Shown here piece after piece: positions 10,801 to 19,239 of a stretch of 64,000 nt of DNA. The DNA is from Balanoglossus misakiensis (taxonomy: Eukaryota; Animalia; Hemichordata). The first letter of the stretch is position 1, and every line of letters begins with the position of its first letter. The notes under the pieces were generated by a model that was not told where the DNA came from, searched no databases, and saw only the letters and a program-made list of their open reading frames with translations. The stretch covers positions 6,130,699-6,194,698 of the forward strand of contig CM082581.2 of NCBI GenBank assembly GCA_040954595.2, written 5' to 3'. Position numbers and translations under genes: made by a program.

Positions 10801-13800
10801 CTTAGATAACCAGCACTTACAGTTGGTCTGATTTCTTTCTCCTGGGCAGCTCTTTCTAGTAGCATCAGGTACATGTAGTGCGGTAAATGCTCCAATACTG
10901 TCGGCACTGGAGTGGACACTGTCTGTTCCATCAGTGCCCTGAGCAGATCAACTGGAAATGAGCTGAATTGGCAAAAATGTGAGAAAAAAGTTGTAGTCAA
11001 TGACTATATGGGCCATCCCAAGCAGAAAGGGGTCTTATGGTCAGTCCCATTCGATTGCATAGATACACTCATATACATGGCAAAGTGTGAATATTTGAAG
11101 AGTTGATCGAATCAACTATACATTGTCAACTCGACTGACCTTTGGGGTTGGAAGGTACGAATGCTCTCCAAGAAGTCTATTGTCTGCGCTGCAAACTTTG
11201 GATGCTCCATGACAACTGTAAGCAGACATCTGTGCAAAAAAAAACACCCAAATAATTCAAAGAGTTTATCTCAAACTCAAGCATGGTGACCACATGATTT
11301 TATTTGATGACTCAATTTAATTTCTTCTGACTAAGCTACGTGAACGATATCATGAAAATGGCAATGGTAAAAATTGGTTTTACCAGAAATGGCGAATTCT
11401 ACTCTCTCATAGTGCACATACAAATTCAATTACAAGGTTTTCTGTGCACACACTGTACCACTTACTTGTAAATATCTTGAGCTAGGGCTGAATCGTGATG
11501 TCTCTGAAAGTAAATAAATAACGTTTTGTAGAATGCCACGGCCACTGGACCAGTCACCCCGTAGTTGACTGGTTTCTGTAAAGGCACCAAGCTGGACATC
11601 AAAATGGCTGCAGCCGAGTCTGCAAGGCAAAAAGGACATTGACACTTCAATTTTTTTGGTGACGAGGTCAAAAATCCATTGTTCAAGGGGGTAACACAGA
11701 GAGCACCATTGAATGATAGATTGTTAAGCCTTGGTAATTCCAAATGAGAATGTCAAAGTATTATGATCATCAACCATACCTGAAGGTCCACTGCTGGGTT
11801 TGAAACAGAGGCTGAGCACGTTCAGTTTGGATACAATTGTTTCAACGCCGTCGAATATGTTCGGAAAGAAAGATGCAAAGTAACTGTAGTCCAGCTTACT
11901 GGGGATACGACAACCAGGAGACGGCTGAATCTGGTCGTGAAAGATGAGAAAAAAATAACCATGGTTACACTGACTGATGTATCGATACTCAGGCTAAAGC
12001 ATCTATATGCTTTCTTTACAGAAGTTTAAAGTTGTGTGGGCGCATTAATTTTTTTCTCCTAAGATCACACAATACAAACTGAAAGGTCGACTTCAGCTAA
12101 CCAAGATAGATTTAAATCTTACATGCTTCTCGGGGAAATGCAGCAGCCACTCGTGGCATAGAAGCTGGTGACCCGAGGACATCAACGGGCTGTTTGCATA
12201 AATTAGCAGTCGCCGTAGTAACAGCTCCTCATCCACCTCGCTGAACAGCTCACTGGTAAACCTCGCCTGGTGGATGGAACAACAAATATGAAACATTTTG
12301 ACAAAGCTTTGTCCGGTTTACACCATACACACACAATCATGTACTATCAAAATGTAAATCAGCGTACTAACACATCAACAAAATTAATCAGTGTATGTAG
12401 AACTGAAAAAAGTGGCATGTTTGCATTTTCATTGATGTTTTCATTCACCAAACTGCAAAGTAAATTACTGGATAGCAGCGTTCATCCTCAAGACGCTACG
12501 AGTTTCTTACCTTCAAGAGGAAGACCAGATGAAAAAGTGGAAAGTCTGTGGTGGACACACAGTGAATGAACTGACTCTTGAAAGTCTATATAGAAGAAAC
12601 ATAAATAATTTTTGTTTTTGAAAAAAGACATACATGTATTTAGACAACGAGCACACTGAATGCTCAGTCATTCAATATTCTAGAACTTTTGAGGAGATAT
12701 TTGACCTTTATGTTAATGATTAACTCACTGCAGGTGAAAGGTCATTCACTTGGGCCACACAGTCCATCAGCTGTAGCATGAGGTGAAACTGAGATGATGA
12801 TGTCATCAGTGAGGAATACTCCATTATGAATGACACGGCCTTCTTCAGTTCTCTTGAGTCGATGTGGGATGTCAGTTTTCCCTGCGATGATTCGCGCTGA
12901 TGGAGAGGGGAAAAAAGACAATTCGAAGATTGGAACACATAGAGGATAAATATGCCCTTTTCTTTCATTTTAAATTGTGATAATGATCAGGATTATTTGC
13001 AGAAAATCAATGAGAATTGCATACATACATTGTACATATTTTATTTTCTCACCTTTCTTTTTTCTTCTAAGCTGAACATTTCAGGTGTAAAATTCTCCGG
13101 TAAAGTCAGAGGCTGGAATCAAAATACAGCACAGGGTAAGAATCGGCAGCTGGCAAAAACAGCAAGCTACATGTACTTGGCCCATCCATACCATCTACCC
13201 CCTCCCCCACACAGAGCTATTGGACCTCAAAGTTATTTCACCCGCTAAAAAAATCAAAGGAGGCATCAATAACAATGACATGACCTTTTCAGACAAATGT
13301 CCCCCCTCCTCCCAATTTCAGTTTCCTGATCTTGACACAAAGTGCCAACAATACGACTGATGTATGACTGTTCACCTTGAGGGGTTCCTTTCTATTGCAC
13401 AGCAAATCAGTCAGTTCGTTGGTCGGTACTTTTGCGCTCGACTTGGCCAGAGTGTCTATGGTGTTCTTCAAGACTGTTGCAAACAGCGACTATAAGATAC
13501 AAAGCAAAGCCCAAATTGGATATGATCGCACAAACACAACTGTCATGCACACAAACTTGCTCCATGGCTTCAAACAAATAATAAGACAATATCCTTTACT
13601 CCATAAAGGCAAGGATAAATTAACAATGATAGGAAAATACATTATTCTAATTCTGCTAGGGACCCACACAACATTTTACAGAAAAGGTGAGTCACATATT
13701 TTTGGCCACAATATTTCAATGCTGTATGAAATAACAACAATACTTACCAAAATATTTCACACACATTCAGTGTCTATTTTCCAAACCAGTAAACTAATAT

Positions 13801-15484
13801 CTAACTTAAAACCAACCTTACCACATAACTCTGTCCCACACAGGTGTTTTCAAGTTGACTCATGGCATAGAGGTGTTCTAACTTGCGTACCAGCAATCCC
13901 TGTATAACAAACAGAAGTCAACAGAGATTCAGATCAGACCAGTCAGAGCGGTAATACACCAGTCTGTTCGGTCAGATCAGAAGTTCTGAAAAGTTCTTGA
14001 TTATTTTGTGGAAGAGTTGGTCAGTAGACAGACATGACACAGGTGACATGAGGATGGTCATCCAAAACATTATTGTGTGTATTAATCGATTCACCATCAC
14101 AAGAAATAACTTTGTGGAAATTGACACTTACAGGGTGCGTGATTTCGATTTCTTTAAGACATTCACAAGCAGCTCTTCTGAGATGCTTGGTGATGCCATC
14201 ATTTATCTTGGAGATGACACTCAACAGCAAGTCTACAAACTCGATGAAAAGTTTTGGCTGGTGTTTCTGGAAGAAAACAAAATCAGAATGACATGAAATG
14301 AAGTTAGTAAATATTAATTATCATTTAAAATGCAATTAACTTACACTGATTTACATTTATACATATGCCAGTAATTAGGGTTTTTAGTCTGATATAAACT
14401 GGTCATTTTGGTAACCTGCTGTATATATAGATGTTAAATTGTATTTGGATCATTGATAATATAACACAACAGTTGTAATTTGGCAAAAAGTAGAATAGTA
14501 ACATGGAAAAACTTACGAGCTGATCATGTTGAATGAGTATTGTCGTTATGGTCACCAAGATTTGGCTCCTGTACATCGAGGCAAACGCAGTTTCAACTTG
14601 GTTGTAAATATTTCTGAGAGACCCAACAGTCTGCTCTATGCTGCAAATCAGGAATAAACACTTTATTTTCAGTCTCTGCTGGCTACATGCTAGGTATACC
14701 AATCCACAGTATCTTTCCTGATGCATGAAATATTTCATAAGTGGGACTTGTGATCTGGCAGTTTGATTCCGGCAGCATGCAGGCGGCAGCACGACGAGAC
14801 TTACAGCCACAGGGTTGCTAAGGCTAGGATCTATTTCTAAGACAGCGCAGTCCTCGGCATGACAGCCAAGTTTTCACGTGGCAGTGGGTTCAGATATTGT
14901 GTGTACTAATAATTCCACTGACAGCTTGGAAGACAGTACATTCTCAGCTTGCCAAATCACCCTCACTGGCCTCAGTTTGTAACTGTGTTTGGCAGTATCA
15001 ATTCAGCTAGCCCTGCGTACAGGTCTGTGTGTTCCCGGCGTTACAAGGCCGTGTAACGCCGGGAACACACAGACCTGTACGCAGGACTACAATACAGCAT
15101 GACGTTCACGTTCGGGAAAAACAAACAAAATTTGATACCTTGTATTGTTTGTGAGTAAAATGTGAGACTTCTCTTGTATAAGTCCAAGCAGTCGAAGCTT
15201 GATACCTTCACCGATGCTTTCAGAGAATAGTGCCTGCAAGTGTAAATACAGATACACACCGATTCAACTCGTAACGTTAACACGTCCAACTGACGACTCC
15301 ATGACTTAAGATTGGTGCAAAGATATATACGGCAAGAGGAGAGCGGCTTATAACCAACCTGTAAAATATCTATGACAAATCCTTCTTCGTCTGTACACTT
15401 CTGAGCGAGGAATGAAGACGGACTTCTTCTGAAACTAGCAATGACTTCAAGCCAATGCGCTTGTTGGTGTCCAGACGTCGCCAT
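7677..15484 (-). CDS. AP5B1: AP-5 adaptor complex subunit beta-1; spliced gene span, 23 coding exons, 2820 nt, 939 aa
   Basis: All 22 introns are GT-AG with matching phases. Recognisable AP5B1 segments: N-terminal WLEVIASFRRSPSSFL, RRAACECLKEIE..PGLL, WTLGNSVLRVCRNIL, DIRDRARFYYALL, FEDLFLPLP and C-terminal LLPPSSHLL...TDNWRILPLVNRYL. Confidence 0.9.
8089..8198 (-). CDS. AP5B1: AP5B1 exon 22 (DTDCTESVCCL...SEASQ)
   Basis: Acceptor ttcacag, donor gtaagt. Confidence 0.85.
8533..8697 (-). CDS. AP5B1: AP5B1 exon 21 (VIFSSQDGKTC...FEDLFLPLP...LFLDLW...)
   Basis: Acceptor tccgcag, donor gtactg. Confidence 0.85.
8891..9005 (-). CDS. AP5B1: AP5B1 exon 20 (LEIPLLC...PLEPVPAKFDV)
   Basis: Acceptor tgttcag, donor gtagga. 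Confidence 0.85.
9283..9370 (-). CDS. AP5B1: AP5B1 exon 19 (TDNSKTEEYDKLYAIVIHL...)
   Basis: Acceptor tttgcag, donor gtatgg. Confidence 0.8.
9502..9631 (-). CDS. AP5B1: AP5B1 exon 18 (SAKNFDAV...SYYIHF)
   Basis: Acceptor acacag, donor gtaagt. Confidence 0.8.
9789..9928 (-). CDS. AP5B1: AP5B1 exon 17 (LTSILTSF...VLKLT)
   Basis: Acceptor ttcacag, donor gtaaag. Confidence 0.85.
10091..10197 (-). CDS. AP5B1: AP5B1 exon 16 (LGDLLFL...DIRDRARFYYALLTNLSTQK)
   Basis: Acceptor ttcccag, donor gtaagc; beta-adaptin-type D.RDRA..Y..LL motif. Confidence 0.9.
10355..10420. repeat. (TGTAC)n pentanucleotide repeat, interrupted
   Basis: Directly visible in AP5B1 intron 15. Confidence 0.9.
10505..10640 (-). 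CDS. AP5B1: AP5B1 exon 15 (AILLFLQ...WTLGNSVLRVCRNIL...)
   Basis: Acceptor ctttcag, donor gtatgt; conserved W.LGN..L.VCR motif. Confidence 0.9.
10821..10962 (-). CDS. AP5B1: AP5B1 exon 14 (SFPVDLL...HYMYLMLLERAAQEKEIRPT)
   Basis: Acceptor aattcag, donor gtaagt. Confidence 0.85.
11140..11229 (-). CDS. AP5B1: AP5B1 exon 13 (CLLTVVMEHPKF...FQPQ)
   Basis: Acceptor gcacag, donor gtcagt. Confidence 0.85.
11466..11619 (-). CDS. AP5B1: AP5B1 exon 12 (SAAAILMSSL...QDIYK)
   Basis: Acceptor ttgcag, donor gtaagt. Confidence 0.85.
11780..11930 (-). CDS. AP5B1: AP5B1 exon 11 (IQPSPGC...FFPNIFD...SGPS)
   Basis: Acceptor gaccag, donor gtatgg. Confidence 0.85.
12123..12266 (-). CDS. AP5B1: AP5B1 exon 10 (ARFTSELF...WLLHFPEKH)
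   Basis: Acceptor caccag, donor gtaaga. Confidence 0.88.
12511..12585 (-). CDS. AP5B1: AP5B1 exon 9 (TFKSQFIHC...VFLLK)
   Basis: Acceptor tatatag, donor gtaaga. Confidence 0.85.
12729..12896 (-). CDS. AP5B1: AP5B1 exon 8 (RESSQGKL...ELKKAVSFIME...LSPA)
   Basis: Acceptor ccatcag, donor gtgagt. Confidence 0.85.
13053..13112 (-). CDS. AP5B1: AP5B1 exon 7 (PLTLPENFTPEMFSLEEKRK)
   Basis: Acceptor attccag, donor gtgaga; 60-nt symmetric phase-0 exon, so not strictly required for frame. Confidence 0.65.
13376..13489 (-). CDS. AP5B1: AP5B1 exon 6 (SLFATVLKNT...EPLK)
   Basis: Acceptor cttatag, donor gtgaac. Confidence 0.8.
13822..13899 (-). CDS. AP5B1: AP5B1 exon 5 (GLLVRKLEHL...VGQSYV)
   Basis: Acceptor tatacag, donor gtaagg. 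Confidence 0.85.
14132..14266 (-). CDS. AP5B1: AP5B1 exon 4 (KHQPKLFIEF...ACECLKEIEITHP)
   Basis: Acceptor ttccag, donor gtaagt; conserved ACECL motif. Confidence 0.88.
14517..14640 (-). CDS. AP5B1: AP5B1 exon 3 (IEQTVGSL...QHDQL)
   Basis: Acceptor tttgcag, donor gtaagt. Confidence 0.85.
15008..15089. repeat. Near-perfect palindrome (perfect 34-bp arms 15012-15045 and 15052-15085) in AP5B1 intron 2; foldback/MITE-like
   Basis: cctgcgtacaggtctgtgtgttcccggcgttaca-aggccg-exact reverse complement, flanked by TAG.. and ..CTA. Confidence 0.9.
15139..15233 (-). CDS. AP5B1: AP5B1 exon 2 (ALFSESIGEGIKLRLLGLIQEK...)
   Basis: Acceptor ttgcag, donor gtatca; 95 nt bridges phase 0 to phase 2 as required. 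Confidence 0.8.
15359..15484 (-). CDS. AP5B1: AP5B1 exon 1 (MATSGHQQAHWLEV...IDILQ)
   Basis: ATG in aaaATGGCG context; donor gttggt. Confidence 0.85.
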
Positions 15485-15542
15485 TTTGAACACGCCCCCA
15501 ACGTGACCCGATTTGACCCCGAGGTCAATTTGGGGTCACGTT
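15476..15542 (-). promoter_or_regulatory. AP5B1 proximal promoter/start region with inverted repeat and YY1-like AAAATGGCG
   Basis: Imperfect inverted repeat 15500-15542 (aacgtgaccc..tttgacc / ggtcaattt..gggtcacgtt); AAAATGGCG overlaps the ATG. Confidence 0.45.
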
Positions 15543-15909
15543 AACGTCTAGTGGGATTCCGTGTATTTGACACGTGTTTGTGGATTATTTGCGAGGAAAA
15601 TTGGAACCACTGACATTTACTGCTTTAGTAGTATAATACAGGGAAAATGTGCAATTCCAAAATAGGTTTATGATGAACGGTTACTTGACAAATAACGGCA
15701 GAACATTTGTTTATATCTGTTTGTTTTAGGGTATGGTTTGTGGAGTGACTGTGTTTTGAAGTACTTTAGTTTTTAGGACAAGCATTCAAGTTCAGTGGGA
15801 ACGAGAGTTAAGATTTGCACTGTTCCAATATTTGGCGGGATTGTCAAATGAAAGAAGAAACGAGCACAAAGACTGCATCATTAGGGTTGAACAAGGCACG
15901 CAATATCAT

Positions 15910-15915
15910 TTTATT
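15910..15915 (-). terminator. Candidate polyadenylation signal (AATAAA) of the GPCR, implying a 3'UTR of about 2.4 kb
   Basis: AATAAA on the minus strand followed by a GU/U-rich tract, at the end of an AT-rich stretch downstream of the stop codon. Confidence 0.4.
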
Positions 15916-16682
15916 CATCCACATATGAAAGTACAAAGCGTCACAAAAATACACCCAGAAAGGGGCGAAGTCATGTCGTAGTGACCACGACTGAAGAATT
16001 ACATTTTCTTTACATCACATTTTGGCAATATTCACAATAATTGTACATTTATGGAAAGGGTGATTTTTTTTCCAACATCCATTCACCGCTGTGTACATGT
16101 TAAACAATACGAGAATAGCTGATTAAATTCACAATTTTAAGGTTAAAATATATAGTGTTTTTTTAATGTTACACACATGAATACATGTGGGTCTATATTG
16201 TTTCATACAAAACAGAAAAACAGGGATAAGTTGCTGTCTCCATATAACACACTAAGCGTCAGTGGGAGGGGGATATTTAGGCACAGGGTTACAATAAAAT
16301 GAAAAAACCGTTTCCACATTTCCATACTTTTACATCAGTAATAATTCGGTTTGCGAGGTGGACAGATAGGCCTATGTGGGATGTAATGAGCGAAACAAGG
16401 GGCGTCATTATTCCCCAGTTTCCATGGCAAGTAATTCTCAGGTATATCTTTGGGAAATTACACTTCAGTCTGGTTTACTTTTCTAAAATCCGTGGCATCT
16501 CTCCTAAATCCCGGAAAACAGAACACTTATACGGTGATTGTGGACTAGTGGGTTTTCAGCTTCCGAGTGTAGAAGCCAAAGCAATTGAAGGAAAGCGGTA
16601 TTTAGCTAATAATAAATAATACACAAAAAGGACGGAATTGTCTGTTTCAAGCCACCCATTACACTTTTCCACCACAAAAGTC

Positions 16683-16696
16683 GTTGTCATGGAAAC
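16683..16696. promoter_or_regulatory. RFX X-box-like motif GTTGTCATGGAAAC about 1.2 kb upstream of AP5B1
   Basis: Near-palindromic X-box-type 14-mer; a weaker one (GTTTCCATGGCAAG) lies at 16418-16431. Confidence 0.3.
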
Positions 16697-18191
16697 AACA
16701 GATTCTGTGAATACGTTCTTATCAAAATGTAACTACATGAAATGCACACGTGGGCAGTTTCCTGCTGTATAATATATGCATTAATTGTGATGACGTCACC
16801 ATGAATGCGGGCGTTAAATATCAATGCACGTATATGTAATGACTTGAAAATGTATATGTATCCATAGCGTAGCATACGTGTACCTGTAAATATTCCAATG
16901 AAACATGAAGAAATTCGAATAAACAATTAAATGTACATTTCGAATGTGTTTTTTTTTTATATTTTTTTTTCAATATACATCGTCAACTTCACTTGATAAA
17001 TAATTTGGGCCAATCAAAAGATGTACACAAGTATCAAACCTTCGTGGAAAGAAAATACTCAACACCTAGGTTCTTGACTGGGGAATATTTGGATGTTAAT
17101 TAATTAAATACAATAAGTGTACAATAAGTGTACCGAGGTCAAAGGACGTGCGATACCCATACATGTATTACCAATAAAAGTTTTACAAAGGCTACATGAG
17201 AGAGGTTTGGAAGTTATTTTCAGGTTAAACTGTACATATATTTTTGTTTTAATACTGTGGCCACGATTTCACTTTTCAGCATTGACAACATAAAGATAGA
17301 ATCTAATGAATTTTAATTAGTCTTCGCAGGTTTGACACGTGTCATGCCTGCACATAGTCGCCGTATTATTGGAATACTGAACTGAAATCTCACCATATTA
17401 TATGACTTTGGTATTTACAATCCGATGTTTACGTCATGGAAGAAATACATTACGTTAGTTACAAGCTCTGAACTCACATCGTTGTCAACGGCCGCCCTTA
17501 TAGAGCTATTGTGAACATATATAATTTAAAAAGTTATAATTCTAACCAGAAATACGGCTTCCACTTTAATGAATCAGGTGTAAGTACAAAGTACATGTGG
17601 TCATATAGCTCATTGATGCAATGTTCATGACCAAGACATTTGCGATTAACCCCTTCACTACCTATAGAGTGCCGGAAATTTCTGGCACCACATTTACCAG
17701 TAATTGCTATGATATACATGATTGCCAAAACATGACGTTGTCCATGAATATCACAACATACCGTAATACCGAACTACTCGCAATATTCTAAAGCAAAGGA
17801 TGGTAACTACGTTTTGCAACTATATTTGAAACTGCACTCACATAAACGGATATAACCAGTCCTTCTGGTAGCTGGTGTACTGATGGCAGTTCGGCCAAAA
17901 CTTTTCATGTCAGACGTGAAAGTTTGAGGTGCTGAGAGAAGTAAATGAAATGTTTGCGAACCATAATTCTTGCAATGCCCGCATTACAGTTTGAAGCTGT
18001 TGATGTCAGTTCTCGTATTAATATTCCGACATTTGAAAATGTAATGTAAGACATCAATCAGCAGACGATACGGTCATTGCGTGTTTCCGACTCAAAATAT
18101 ACACTGTTCGTTCCTGACCAAAAATATACAGTGTTCTGGGAACTGAGCGAAACACGATATGGTTGTGGAGATACGGCTCCTGGGTATTTTC

Positions 18192-18290
18192 TTAACCCTC
18201 TTTCACCCCTAGTTCCTACTAAAGAGGTCCAACTCTACCATAACCAGCAATGAATTTGGACCAAACCAAAAAACGGTGTGACAGGGTTAA
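18192..18290. mobile_element. TTAA-bounded short non-autonomous element (piggyBac-like MITE), copy 1
   Basis: TTAA-CCCT...AGGG-TTAA ends with imperfect terminal inverted repeats; homologous to 46340-46432 in the opposite orientation. Confidence 0.75.
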
Positions 18291-19239
18291 ACCGCGGTGG
18301 CTGTGGTGGCTCTAACTGATCCGTTCCGTGACGACACCGTTCCCGTCCGTTTGAGCCTCGTTTCAAAGCCCAGGGCTCGCACGAAAGCACCGCGAAACTT
18401 AGTAGACATGATGTTGTATATGATAGGGTTGATGGAGGAGTTCAGGTAAGTCAAAATGCGGCAGACGATGACGAGTGTGTAGACGCCTTCTACACCGAGT
18501 GCCATCTGCTGCTCGGCGGTGCCGTACTTGAACCAGAGGCTGACGATGCGCTGGGGCAACAGGCAAACGAAGAAGGTGATCACCACTGCCAACAGCATGT
18601 ACACAACGCGCTTGCGGGTTTTCTGCTGGGCCACTATGCTGCTGTGTTTAGCACCCCGATCTCGTCTGTGGACAGGGCTGGTGCTCGGTGTGCGGTAGAC
18701 GTTGCTCTTGCCGCTGTCGTCCGTATCCTGTCTGACCAGGCAGTACGTCTGCATGGGGATGTCTCCCTCCCGCGGGACTGTGGCGCTTTTCCTGGTCGGC
18801 CGCCGGGTACGGGTACGCGAGCGGCCGTTCGACTGGTGGCCGTTCGAGTGGACCACCAGATGGCTCTTCCTCAGGGTCAGCGCGACCTTGAAGTACAGAA
18901 CACCCAGGAGGACCAGGGGCACGGCGAAGAACAGGAAAAAGCAGAGCACCAGATACACCTCGGCCAGAATAGAATCAACGAAGGTGCCGCACTCGTACAG
19001 CAGTTCGCCGTTGGTGTCGTAATCGTAAGGGCTGTGCTTGGCCATGAACAGATACGGGATACTGGCACCGCAGGCCACCAACCAGATCAGCACGCATATT
19101 TTGATACTTCTTCCGGGTGTGATGGTGTACTGCGCCTTTAACGGATGACAGATCGCCACGTAGCGTTCCATGCTTATGAAAACCAACGTGAGGACGGAGG
19201 CCTGGGCAGCCGAATACTCAAAGAACGGAACCATTTTAC
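18287..19239 (-). CDS. ETH-receptor-like class A GPCR, second coding exon (TM3-TM7, C-terminus)
   Basis: Acceptor ttattccag; phase matches the exon at 57300 (T|GT = Cys). Motifs: KMVPFFE..AQASVLTL..ISMERYVAICHPL, FFVCLLPQR, CRILTYLNSSINPIIYNIMSTKFR. These segments resemble insect ETHR; the TRHR/GHSR/NMUR superfamily is the broader assignment. Confidence 0.92.

Noticed and set aside
13822-13899. Suspected frameshift in AP5B1 exon 5
   Set aside because: On re-reading, the exon is 78 nt and in frame (NTCVGQSYV); the gene is not a pseudogene.
18644-19141. Plus-strand ORFs opposite GPCR exon 2
   Set aside because: Antisense shadows of the real exon.
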